Shown here in pieces: positions 52,406-63,403 of a stretch of DNA of 64,000 nucleotides. The stretch comes from Octopus bimaculoides (lineage: Eukaryota), in assembly GCF_001194135.2 (NCBI RefSeq), contig NC_068986.1:82849665-82913664 (forward strand), written 5' to 3'. Positions within the stretch are counted from its first letter, which is position 1, and each line of letters begins with the position of its first letter. Under the pieces are notes generated by a model that had not been told where the DNA came from, did no database searches, and saw only the letters and a program-made list of their open reading frames with translations. A program made the position numbers and the translations under genes.

Positions 52406-52763
52406 TTTTTTTTTTTTTTTTTTAATTCAAGTGGTGAACTGGCAAAATCATTAGCACACCAGGCAAAATGCTTTATGACTTTTCAGCCATCTTAACAGTC
52501 TAAGTTCAAATTTCACCATGGTCAATTTTGCCTTTCATCCTTTCGGGATCAATAAAATAAGTACCAGCCAAGTACTGGAGTCAATGTAACTGACTGTCCC
52601 CTACCCCCTAAATTTCAGGCCTTGTGCCTATTGTAGAAAGGATTATTATTATTATTCCATGGAGGTCAACTTTGCTTTTCATCCTTTTGAGGTTAAGGAA
52701 ATTAGTACCATTTTAGCACTAGGGTTGATGTAATTGACTTGCTCCTTCCCCTAAATTTCAGAA

Positions 52764-52795
<32 letters not shown>

Positions 52796-55272
52796 AGGCA
52801 GCTTGTTGGCAGAATGTGGTCAGTGGTATCAACTAACTCCCTCCTCTCAATTAGCTTTGGGCCTAAATTACAAACAATATTTTTGCTGCTGCTGTTGTTA
52901 GAATCAGTGGAGTGCTGACAAAATGACATGCTGTAGTTAAATGTCTATTTCTCTTCTTCTGAGTTCAAATACTCCTAGTGTCAATGAAATAAGCTACCAG
53001 TCAAGTACTGGGGTTGATTTAATCAGTTATACCCACCCCATGGTTTATCACATTGTGCTCCTACAATAGTTATTATGGTTCTGTTGTAGGATCACTGTTT
53101 AAGATTTTAACATCAGTTGGTACATAGAGAAAAAATGTATAAAGTGAACTCATACTGAATATTCTGGAAGTGAAGATAGCAAGTTCTACATTTTAATAAG
53201 ACAGCTTATAACGACCTGAATGGCAAAACATACTACATAGTATCGAGTAAGTTTTGTAGTGTGATATACAAACATCTATACACACACACACACATAACAT
53301 GCATGCACATGGTTCCACATAGTAAGCAAACCTAACAGAAATAATATAGAAATTAAGGTTGAAATATCTATTAAGGATGATGTCAATTTGTCATTCAGTT
53401 AGTGAGGCAAACACATAGCAATATCATTTTAAAATGAGACAAGGACAATAACAATGTAGGTACAGGAGGTGGGGAACAGTGAAACACTTAATTTGATTAA
53501 GCAATTCTTGAAAATGTTCACAAACTACTAGCTACATATGTTAGTCATTGGCATACAATGTTGAAGGAAAAATGCCATATTTGTAGTTAAACAACTGCAA
53601 GAGAATTTCTTAACTAAGAAAAAAAGAAACCACTCTAATTTATAATTGTTGATCAAGAGATGCCTTCACACATCTTCCAGTACTCTAAAGTTCAGTGAAT
53701 TCTGCAAAATACTTATAGAATTAAGTCACGCACTTGGCAGTAAATTTTAGTAAAGAATTTACTGTTTTGCAATACGATAACAGATTTTGTCCTCAGCTTT
53801 GTTTGTTCTTCGTAATTTTTTAATTAATTTCAGGATTGCTCTCCCTCACAAAAGGAATATCATCACAGAAACAGTTCCAAACTTGCAAGAATGATCCAGA
53901 ATTCAAAGATGAACATAACAAAGAACAAACTATTAATAACAATGGCCTCAATATCCCAGTGGCGTCTAGGATGTTGTGGATTGTGTACATTTAAAAATGT
54001 GGTAGAATTTCTGACAGACTGATTGAGATCTAGGAGTTCAAATGAGACAAACAGAAGTATTTAATTGTAAGAGTGTCCATAAAATGAAGTGACAATGGCT
54101 CACTAGAAATAACTGGTAGTGTCTGCTATTAGGTGAAATTATTAGTATGGAAACTGTTTAGTAGTTTAGAAAGGAATTTCTGTAAAAGACAGTCTATAAA
54201 GCATGTGTAGGGTTTGTGATACTATATGGTAGAGAGACAAGTTACATTAAATGTAAGAAGATCTGGTGAGAAATGAGATATGATAGCTGTGTAATATTAA
54301 CCTACATGAAGGCAAAGCTGGCAGAATGGTTAGAATGCTGGACAAAATGCTTAGCAGCATCTCATATTCTTTACATTTTGAATTTGAATTCTGCCAGGGT
54401 TGACCTTGGCTTTCATCCTTTCGGAGTCAATGTAATCAACTTACTCTCCCTCCGAACCCCCCACCCCCACCCCGAAAGTGCTGGCCTTGTGCCAAAATTT
54501 GAAACCAATATTAACCTACATGAATGGTGAATCACAAGTGGAGTTTTGAGCTTCGTGTTAAAGACATGACTAGTAATAGTAGTTGCAGTGTGCAAGTGAG
54601 ATAACCATGTAGATATTGCCATAAGAAGTAATATGTGTAAAAGGTTGAAAACCTACTTTTTCATTACGTGCAAATGTGAACAGCACTAGAGAATTATATT
54701 GAAATTAATAGCAAAGTTAGATTTCATGGATAAGATGATAAATTAGTGAATTAGAAGAGTCGTTAGGGCATCAGATGAAATACTTCACACTATTTCAGCT
54801 CTCTGTACTCTTGAGTTCAAATCCCACCAACTTCAGTTTTGCTTTCTATTCCTTCTGAGTCAATAAAAAAAATGTGCCAATTGAAGGCAGTGGAATGACA
54901 GAAGTGTAAGAACGTCAAACCAGATGTCATATAGTGATTGTTTCAACACTTTGCATTTGGGGTCAAATCCTGCCATGGTCTACATGGATGGTTGACTTAA
55001 CCTATTGCTCAATTTAACACTCACTTGGTTGCAAGCATTTAGTTCCGGTCCCTGGTTTGAGGATACTTTCTTCCGTCACCTACCACTCTTAGAAGCCTCG
55101 AGAACAATAGGTGAAGGAGGAAGGTTTTCTGAGTAGAAGAAATTTTTTTTAAAAAAGTATGTTGACAAGTCATATTATGCAGTGCAATGGATTCACAGTC
55201 TGTGAATGTTGGGGGAACAAAAAAAAAAAACATCTGTGGACACCGTTACAGCCAAGTCACAAATGAATTTAC

Positions 55273-55406
55273 CGTCTGTTAAAGGTGGAGGAAAAGCAAA
55301 CATCTGTGAACTTAGTCACGTCCAGGTCACAACTGAAATCAGTGTTTTGGAGTTCTTTCTTTAACAGGAGATGAAACGTTTCACTGTTTTTTGTAATAGA
55401 GGACAT
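55273..55406 (-). CDS. Candidate first coding exon of an unidentified minus-strand gene (44 aa, MSSITKNSETFHLLLKKELQ...)
   Basis: ATG with A at -3 (plus-strand CAT at 55404-55406), 44 open codons plus 2 nt ending at a CG|GTAAAT donor, non-repetitive sequence, downstream of a CpG-rich patch. No recognisable domain and no further exons found. Confidence 0.3.
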
Positions 55407-56293
55407 GCTAATTGAAATGTCTTTTTGGAACAAAGAGGTGTTGAAATAACTGTTGTGTATAGCTGGTAGTTTGTTTTTATCTGTATCCGATCTAATGAGA
55501 AACAAAACGAACCAAGGACAGTGCCTTGTAGTTATTACATGTATAAATGCAGACGTTTCACTTCGGTAACCACTGTCGCCAGCGGTCGTTTAAACTCGAG
55601 AATTTAAGCGAAAGCAGAGTTGTTCCCCTTGACATAATCTGCTCGTTCCCCAAAGACAAAAATGAATTAAGAGAAATAACTCTGAGTGACCCAGTCACAT
55701 ATTTGAACACTATAGTATAAATTTTTGATTTATTTAGAGAAGAAAAAGAAAATCTCCGCTTCTAGACGATATGTTGTTACCGAATTGCAATTAAAACCAG
55801 CTCTACGAGGGAAGAGGAGACATTCTCAAGTATTCTTCAAAATTGACATGCCATCAAAGAAAAGATAGAAATTTTCTTATTTAACTTGCAGTCAGGAGTG
55901 TTATATTCATCTTTGTAGATATTTTCGGGAACAACAATAGAACAGACCAGTTTCATCGACATTGTAAAATAATGCTATCACGATCAAATAAGCCCATATG
56001 ATAAATTTTCTAAATGGCTCAATTAAGGAAGCATCTACATTTAATGATTCACCACGTTTTCTTATTCACATCGCCAGGCTTTTTCTAAAATGTTACAGCA
56101 AGCTATCGTTTACCATAACAATTTTTTTAGCCCCGTTTGTTTCACATACAAATTCAAATTCAAGGCTTCATATATTAACACCACTAGACTTCTGCTGAAC
56201 ACACCACTTATACACTTCTTTTGTAGTTTTATCTGGTCTAACTTCCATGTATTTTCTACTACGCACTGCAGAGACACGTTTAATGTTATAATA

Positions 56294-56775
56294 ATCATCA
56301 TCATCATCGTTTAACGTCCGCTTTCCATGCTGGCATAGGTTGGACGGTTTGACTGAGGACTAGTGAGCTAGAGGCTGTACCAGGCTCAATCTGATCTGGC
56401 AAAGTTTCTACAGCTGGATGCCCTTCCTAACGCCAACCACTCCGAGAGTGTCGTGGGTGCTTATACGTGTATACGAGCGCCAGTCAGGCGGTTCTGGCAA
56501 CGACCACGCTCAAAAGGTGTTTTTACGTGCTACTAGCACGGGAGCCAGTCCGGCGGCACTGGCAACGACCACGCTCGAATGTTCCTTTTCACGTGCCACC
56601 GGCATATGTGCCGGTAAGGCGTCGCTGGCAACGATCACACTCGAACGGTGTTACTCCCGTGTCACCGACACGGGAGCCAATCTGTGGTCCTGGCAACGAT
56701 CACGCTCGGATGTGCTTTTAACGTTCCACTGGCACAAGTGCCAATCAGGCGGTACTGTCATCGGCCACGTCAGCA
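56294..56775 (-). mobile_element. Young RTE 3'-UTR copy with internal tandem repeats
   Basis: (ATC)n-GTTTAACGTCCGCTTTCCATGC.. is the reverse complement of the 3' end at 24100-24226; followed by ~5 GC-rich ~65-bp units. Confidence 0.85.
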
Positions 56776-57349
56776 AACTTTTATAAAGAAAAATTTCGCA
56801 ATTAAGCCTTTGATTTGGATATATCGGAAGTGCCTTACTTTTTAATAGCTAAATACCTACTACTATACGACGTCTTCTAATTAATTTATCAATTAGTGCT
56901 AACTTCTATCCCATTTAAATTCGTATACTTCTTTTTGACTTCTTCAACATTTGATGCCATTTTAAAATTAAGTATTGCAAAGTTTAGAACAATAAAGTAA
57001 TAATTCAGAAATCACAGAAATTCTGTATACAACCTAACAGCACAATAATGTGTACCAGTCAGTAACATGCTACACGAAATAAATACAATACAGGCCCATC
57101 TATACACGTACATACACACACTAGCCGCCCTCCACTGAGTGGTTAAAAAAAAATGCATCAGGGAGCCCTTACACTTGACATGCCAGAAACAGCAGCAAAA
57201 TTTACGTGCGCGTGTGTGTGTGACATTTTGATAAAAACGTAAAGTTTCTTTTACTCATAATAAAGTTGTGAAAACATTTTCTTCTATTAGTACACACACA
57301 TACGCATGAGAAAGAGAGAGTGAGTGAGTGAATGAATGAGAGTTCTTAT

Positions 57350-58330
57350 GAGACGTAGGGAAAACATTCTCAAATCACTTAAGCAGTCAATTAACAGAAA
57401 ACCAACTATCCTGCCTAATAAGGACACTTAGAAATAGAGAACAAATTTAAATACTCTCATGAAAGGGAGAGAAGAAATATAAAGAAAACTTACTAGGAAT
57501 ATAAAAGCAAGCCCTAAAGTTTTCTACAAATTTCTTTGAAAATCATCCACAGGACAACCTAATACAAAGTGATTCCATCATTCCAAAGAAACAACTGACT
57601 AACAACAGACCCCAAAAGAATAACCAAACTACTGAATGAGCAGTTCTACATTATTTTTACCTTCCCACTAGGACAAATGCAGGTGAACAAGCCAAATGAG
57701 TTCTTTCACACCATAGATCTACATAAAGAAGCAGCAACCATCAATTACATTGGCGTAAAAGTAGATGGAATATTGACAATAGAGCTGGCAGAATCATTAG
57801 CACGCCGAGCAAATTGCTTAGTGGCATTTCGTCTATGTTCTGAGTTCAAATTCTGCTAAGGCCTACTTTGCCTTTCATCCTTCCGAGGTTGATAAAATAA
57901 GTACCAGTTGAACACTGGGGTCGATGCAATCGACTTATTCCCCGAAATTGACAACAAATGAAATGAACTTAAACTCAGCAATAGGGCTCGAAAACTTGCA
58001 TGTAAACAAGTTCTTGTTAAGCCACTTCAGATACTATTTGTAAGTTTCTTGGTAAGTTGGAAATGTCCATAAAAGTTAATGGAGGCATAACATCCCCTGT
58101 TCATAAAGTGGGGAATAGAGTAAGTGCTAAAATTTACAGGCTTATCTCTCTGACTTCACATATCAGCAGAGTCATGAAACAACTTATCAGAAAACTAATC
58201 ACATTCTCAGAAGAACGTCACTAATACACAATATCACTTTTACTCACGAAGAAGTTGCCTTACACAGCTCCTGCATCACTACGACTGGGTGCAGAATTAG
58301 CTGTTCAACCATATAGATTTGACCATGTGT
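57350..58330 (+). mobile_element. CR1-type LINE ORF2 remnant interrupted by a SINE
   Basis: NIKASPKVFYKF, KLLNEQFYIIFT, VKPLQILF, ISLTSHISRVMKQ, RRSCLTQLLHHYDWV; SINE inserted at 57781-57950. Confidence 0.75.
57781..57950 (+). mobile_element. SINE inserted in the CR1 remnant
   Basis: GAGCTGGCAGAATCATTAGCACGCCG..GTTCAAATTC..GGGGTCGAT; CpG-retaining. Confidence 0.85.
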
Positions 58331-58630
58331 GTTGTGTCACAAGCTGCATGTTTTCCGCATAGTTGGAAAAATTAGAATTGTTTGTAAGGGTGATAACTAA
58401 GAACTATTAAGGGAGATAATTCATAACTTTCATCTGATTCTTGCAGAAAATAAGGAATTTTAAGTACCAAAGCAATTAATTTTTCTTGCTGATATTTTGC
58501 AAAATCAACATTATTAGTTCCAAAAAATATTTTTTTCGAATTTAATTCATTATATTCCATAACTTACGACATAAAACGACAAAATTCTATATCAAGTATT
58601 CTAAAAAAAAACATTTATATATAAACGACG

Positions 58631-58970
58631 CAGGCGTGGCAATGCGGTAAGACATTTGCTTCCCAACTACATGCTTCCAGTTTGAATCCCACTGTGTGAC
58701 ATCTTGGGCAAGTATCTCGTACTATAGTCCTGAACCAAAACTTTGTGGGTGGGTTTGGTAAACAGAAACTGAAGGAAGCCCGTCGTGTGTGTGTTGGTGT
58801 GTTTATGTACCCATCACTTAGCGATTCAGCAAAAGAGACAAATAGGACACGTACCAGACTTATAAAAAAAAAAAATAATAAATGCTAGGGTCGATTTGTT
58901 CAGTCAAACCCTTCAAGGCTGTGCCCCCAGCACGGTCACAGTCCAGTAACTGAAACAAGTAAAAACTAAA
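58631..58970 (+). mobile_element. tRNA-derived SINE (same family as 14781)
   Basis: Colinear similarity to 14781-15121. Partial copies also at ~3190-3305, 7740-7800, 24485-24600, 38780-39180 and 40400-40480. Confidence 0.75.
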
Positions 58971-59405
58971 TTATCAAAAAACGGAGACAGGGCCAAAAAA
59001 CTGAGGATTCAATGTAGTTGATTTATATCAACCTCAGTATATGTGATTGCTGCTTTATTTTATTGCCCCTAGAAGCATTTTAAGTAAAGGTGAACTCATT
59101 ATTTATGGCAGTGTTCAGTTTTCAGTACATTTCCAACAGTAAACCATATGCTAGCCGTTTGGATTGTATTATTAAATGCAATGTTGATCTATCATATCAA
59201 AATAGTGGATTAACTACTGCAGGGTGACCACTTTATTTCTTTCACATGTGAGGATGTATTTTTAACATTTCCAGATATTTCTACAATAAATATATATATA
59301 TATTAGGAAAAATTACTAACAATGAAAAATAAGGTTCAATTAAGCTGCATCATTCACTAGAAACTTTACCATTCCTAAATAAATTATTTATTGAACCAAA
59401 ACTAA

Positions 59406-59467
59406 CATTCCTGGCAGTTACTCCAGAACAAGGATAAGAGGCCATTCCTGGCAGTTACTCCAGAACA
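59406..59467. repeat. 25-bp direct repeat with 12-bp spacer
   Basis: CATTCCTGGCAGTTACTCCAGAACA at 59406 and 59443. Confidence 0.85.
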
Positions 59468-60342
59468 CTGATGATCAAGGTATACTCTTATCCTAAACAA
59501 ACTATTCAGCCTCTTTCTTTCTATATACATTTGCTTGATCATACAGTTAGGTCATGTTTGATATCCTAGAAAAGACACATTTTCATACCTCTTAATAGCA
59601 TCCTGTTATTTCCAGTCTAACATTTCCAAAAATCTACACTTTTTTAGCTTCGCCAATTTGACATCCAAAAAACCCATATCCAACAGTCCAAGTTTAGATA
59701 AGCAACACAGAGTAGGAAGGACTCAATACAGTAAAATGCTTAACTGTTTCATAAGCTTGCAGTGAGAAGTTGATGGGGATTTTTGTAGGTTGAAGGTGGA
59801 TTAGGTTTGTCCTTAGATATAATCTAGTATTATGTCTACGATTATACTCCATCAAAGTGACATTATCACTAAATATCCATGATATGAAGTCTACAGAGTA
59901 TTCCTATAACTTAATTTATTGTGGTGCACACGTTTTACTACTAAAACCCAGACATCAACCTATTTCCATTAAAGTTTATTTAACTAATTCTTTCCATTGC
60001 ATTTTTACCTACTTAAACCCATCACATATATGACCGCTACCATGTACAACACTTCTGTCTTTGCACTCCACAATACATTCTATATAACTTCACACATATG
60101 GCACATCATCCTAGCCACCTCCTTCGTAAGCAATGGCCAGTGGCCTTATTTCAGAGATAATAGAACAAAAATTCATTCCAACAATACAATAATTTTCTAA
60201 ATGGGATATTTTAGGAATCCATCAAAAATCAGTTTTACTTTATAAAGTGACATTGATTTATGATCAGGTAAAAACGTAATTAAAATCAATTTATAAAAAA
60301 TTAAAATTAAATTAAGCTTTACGGAGTAAAATATATATAAAC

Positions 60343-60562
60343 ATATAGTTTTAGGGAAAAGAACCAAGGTTCATGAACTCATCGATTATGAAACACGATT
60401 AGTTGTGAGACACGTGTAGTCATTTTATTATCTTTATCTTATATTTACTTTGTATAATATTATACTCATTTATTGTGCTTTTAATTATAAATTTTTCTAT
60501 ATGTGACAGTGGATTTTCATCGATGAGTTCATGAACCTTGGTTCTTTTCCCTAAAACTATAT
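60343..60562. mobile_element. MITE with perfect 44-bp terminal inverted repeats
   Basis: 60343-60386 is the exact reverse complement of 60519-60562; TA-rich ends; the right arm abuts an N-gap. Confidence 0.75.
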
Positions 60563-60937
60563 NNNNNNNNNNNNNNNNNNNNNNNNNNNNNNNNNNNNNN
60601 NNNNNNNNNNNNNNNNNNNNNNNNNNNNNNNNNNNNNNNNNNNNNNNNNNNNNNNNNNNNNNNNNNNNNNNNNNNNNNNNNNNNNNNNNNNNNNNNNNNN
60701 NNNNNNNNNNNNNNNNNNNNNNNNNNNNNNNNNNNNNNNNNNNNNNNNNNNNNNNNNNNNNNNNNNNNNNNNNNNNNNNNNNNNNNNNNNNNNNNNNNNN
60801 NNNNNNNNNNNNNNNNNNNNNNNNNNNNNNNNNNNNNNNNNNNNNNNNNNNNNNNNNNNNNNNNNNNNNNNNNNNNNNNNNNNNNNNNNNNNNNNNNNNN
60901 NNNNNNNNNNNNNNNNNNNNNNNNNNNNNNNNNNNNA

Positions 60938-61260
60938 TTTAATCTCCATACCTTCGTTTTATTTGCTTTTTTTCATTTTAAATTTGCTTTAACCCTAACC
61001 CTAGGGTTAGGGTTAGGGTTAATTGTTTCAGAATCGTTTGTTTATGTAGTCGGCGCTTAATGTATATCGGCTAAATGGACGTCAGTGATTGGTTGAAATT
61101 ACAGAAATACGACAACTTTAACATGGAATAACTTATGAATTTCTTTTTTGTTTAAGAAGACTAAGAGAAAAAGATGTTTTATATGACACATTCTACCAGT
61201 GTTCCAAGTTTCAAAGTGTTTCATTAATGAAAAATGTGTCCCCCCGTTTTAAAAAAGATA
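60938..61260. repeat. Unclassified interspersed repeat containing telomeric-type TTAGGG units
   Basis: CpG-retaining segment with (TAACCC)2-TAGGG-(TTAGGG)2 at 60990-61018; no TIR or tail could be established. Confidence 0.4.
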
Positions 61261-61274
61261 CGATTTTTCAATGA

Positions 61275-61505
61275 CCTGATCCCCTATTGTCCTGACTTAA
61301 CCCCATCTATCATCTGTTTGCCATCATGAAAAAACACTTGGCTGGGAACCAGTATCACAGTGATGATGACTTTTTGACCAAAAGGATGTAAGCTTCTTCA
61401 CCAATGAGATCCAAGCACTGCAACACCAATGGAAGTGTGTGGACCACAAGGGAAAACTATGTTGAAAAATAAACCTCATTTGATCACATCAGAGTACCTT
61501 GGTCA
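61275..61505 (+). mobile_element. mariner transposase C-terminal remnant
   Basis: PYCPDLTPS..YHLF..MKKHLAGNQYHSDDD..FFTNEIQALQHQWKCVDHKG..YVEK*. Confidence 0.8.
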
Positions 61506-61829
61506 GCTTGCCAACCTTCATATGATCTGGGTGACACACTGCAAATAAAACCAGTCGACATTGTTATATTTAGGAAACCAAGGTGATACTTAACAGATAG
61601 TTAGAAGGGCCTGAGATTTGTGGGAGCTTTTGCACCTCTTCTATCAGCTTCATCCACACAATCTTTGCATGCTAACATTAATGAGCAAGATGTTCTTGGG
61701 AAAGAAATCTTGCCTACTTACTCCATTTGAGGCACAAACATCCATGTCCCACCTTCATTCTTATGCTGCTCTTGTCCAGAACCACTGACTTACCATCCAG
61801 GTCTAAGAAAATCACACTTCAAAACAATG

Positions 61830-61877
61830 TGAATAGCTAAGCTTTACATTTGTTAGAATAATCTGAATGCTAAAGGG
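61830..61877. mobile_element. Truncated piggyBac-type MITE end
   Basis: Reverse complement of 62213-62260, ending GCTAAAGGG-TTAA (61878-61881). Confidence 0.7.
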
Positions 61878-62212
61878 TTAAAATTTCCCAAGTCATATAG
61901 AAAAGTTTAAACGTGATAAACTTCTGGTGTGGTTCTCACTAGAAGTCTCCCTTGTAGGGCTTTTGATATGGTTACCACATCAAGGCCCTCACCTAAGGTA
62001 AACATTTTGCCTTTGAGTGTACATGTTCCATTAACTTCATTAATTATTTTAGGTGTTCACTGCAGAGTTGTTGTTACTGTTGGCTTTTTTCACTTCTTGT
62101 TGCTGTTGTTTCCGCTGTTCTTAATGTGTCTCCTTCAGTTGCTGTGACTGATGTTGTAGCTGCTGTTCCTTAGTGATGATATTGTTGGTTTGTCTCTAGC
62201 TGTTGTGCTTAA

Positions 62213-62434
62213 CCCTTTAGCATTCAGATTACTCTGCTAAATGTAATGCTTATTTATTCACATTGTTTTGAATTGACTATGCAATATCTTGTAGCTTCAA
62301 GATTTTTATAATGTAATTGTTTTTATTTTTAGAACGACATGGTAGAATAGCTGTGAGAGGCAGGATGTGGCCAGTTTGAACATAAAATAGGTAGAATATT
62401 TGGGCCAGATATGGCTAGTTTAAATGCTGAAGGG
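62213..62434. mobile_element. piggyBac-type MITE
   Basis: TIRs CCCTTTAGCATT / AATGCTGAAGGG with TTAA on both sides (62209-12, 62435-38). Removing it rejoins the Tx1-like ORF1 sequence. Confidence 0.9.
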
Positions 62435-63214
62435 TTAATGTAGTTTCTTTTCCTGAAGTTATTGTGTTGTAAGTGTTCATTTGTTGACTGGTTTCATTGT
62501 TTGGCTGCATCTTTTGGGGAGTTGTTTAACTTGGTACAACTGACCTTTTGGCAAGAGGAGGCAAACAACTTCTCTTCCTTTTTGAGTCTTTCTACAATGT
62601 GCCAGCTCAACACATTTGTAACATTTACCACCTCTAGATCTAAAGGCTTTGAAAACATGGAAGGAGCACTAACGTTTGCTTTGCATGGTTTTGTTACTGC
62701 TGTTGGTATTGTTGTTGCTATGGCTGTTATTGCTGGTGGTGGTCGTGGTGGTAGGAAGACTAGTTTCTCTGCATGTATGTGCAGAGGAAGCCATTGTTGG
62801 ATATTTTTGTCTTCGTGCCACTGCCTCTGTTGATTTACTTGCAGAAGTAAGGATATTAGTAGCAGTGATGATCTGAAACACTCAGCTCTTTTCTCTCCCA
62901 TCGAGCAGAAAGTCTTGAGGTGATCTATTTTGCCACACATTTAACACTTTGGCTTTCTCCTTGTTGTAACCACTTACATTTCCATACACTTTTTGAGGAC
63001 AGACTTTACTGTCAGCAATCACGCCATGCTCCTCAGTCATCGCCACCACTTCAGCTTGATCCCTACGTGGTGACACACTGATGAACTGTATTTTCATTGT
63101 CCGTCTTCCCAGGTATAATGGGATTGTGATAAACACTTGGTAATAGCTATGCGCCTGGCTTCCACCTTGTTCTTACAAACAACTACTGTCCCATGTTCCT
63201 CTATCTTACAATAG

Positions 63215-63247
<33 letters not shown>

Positions 63248-63365
63248 CGGTGTTCACAAGGTCTGGGTACATTGAGTAAATAAAATAACATAATTAAATA
63301 TAAGAAATAATAATTTCTTAAAGTATGTGTTAATCCCCATGTACCTAAACTTTGTGGACACCCTG
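63248..63365. mobile_element. Short Tc1/mariner-type MITE
   Basis: Imperfect ~27-bp TIRs CGGTGTTCACAAGGTCTGGGTACAT / ATGTACCTAAACTTTGTGGACACCCTG within (TA)n. Confidence 0.65.
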
Positions 63366-63367
63366 TT

Positions 63368-63403
<36 letters not shown>

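Larger units (their letters stand above)
51412..53030 (+). mobile_element. Cluster of about five co-oriented SINEs (GGCAGAAT..GAGTTCAAATTCC..GGGGTCGAT family) flanked by (ATT)n
   Basis: Copies at ~51412-51630, 51635-51851, 52428-52655, 52655-52795 and 52796-53030, each with B-box-like GTTCAAATTC and CTTTGCCTTTCATCC core. Other copies: ~2545-2700, 16205-16367, 35235-35407, 44905-45075, 54308-54512, 54790-54980, 57781-57950. Confidence 0.85.
61505..63140 (-). mobile_element. Decayed Tx1/L1-like LINE: ORF1 (RRM-like + CCHC knuckles) and ORF2 APE endonuclease; ORF1 may extend to ~63930
   Basis: ORF1: ..EVVAMTEEHGVI..SPQDFLLDGR.. and KCYKCVELAHCRK (degenerate zinc knuckle). Endonuclease: GLDVVTISK, IFLDLDGKSVVLD, VCASNGVSRQDFF, DCVDEADRRG..PRSY. 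Multiple stops and frameshifts; interrupted by piggyBac-type MITEs. Confidence 0.65.

Noticed and set aside
53833-53995. Possible extra plus-strand 3' exon after a TTTCAG acceptor
   Set aside because: No link to the upstream gene can be shown from sequence; such acceptors are common in AT-rich DNA.
56478-56775. Repeat-spacer appearance suggestive of a CRISPR array (also 20367-20447 and 59406-59467)
   Set aside because: Eukaryotic context, no cas genes, and units are degenerate tandem copies within retroelements rather than identical repeats with unique spacers.
60989-61022. Ancient telomere-telomere fusion site
   Set aside because: Repeat polarity is the reverse of a fusion scar and the tract is only five units.
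62494-63136. Host gene or pseudogene with a PLDLE motif (148-aa and 84-aa ORFs)
   Set aside because: Other frames give zinc-knuckle and APE endonuclease motifs, which LINE ORF1/ORF2 explains better.
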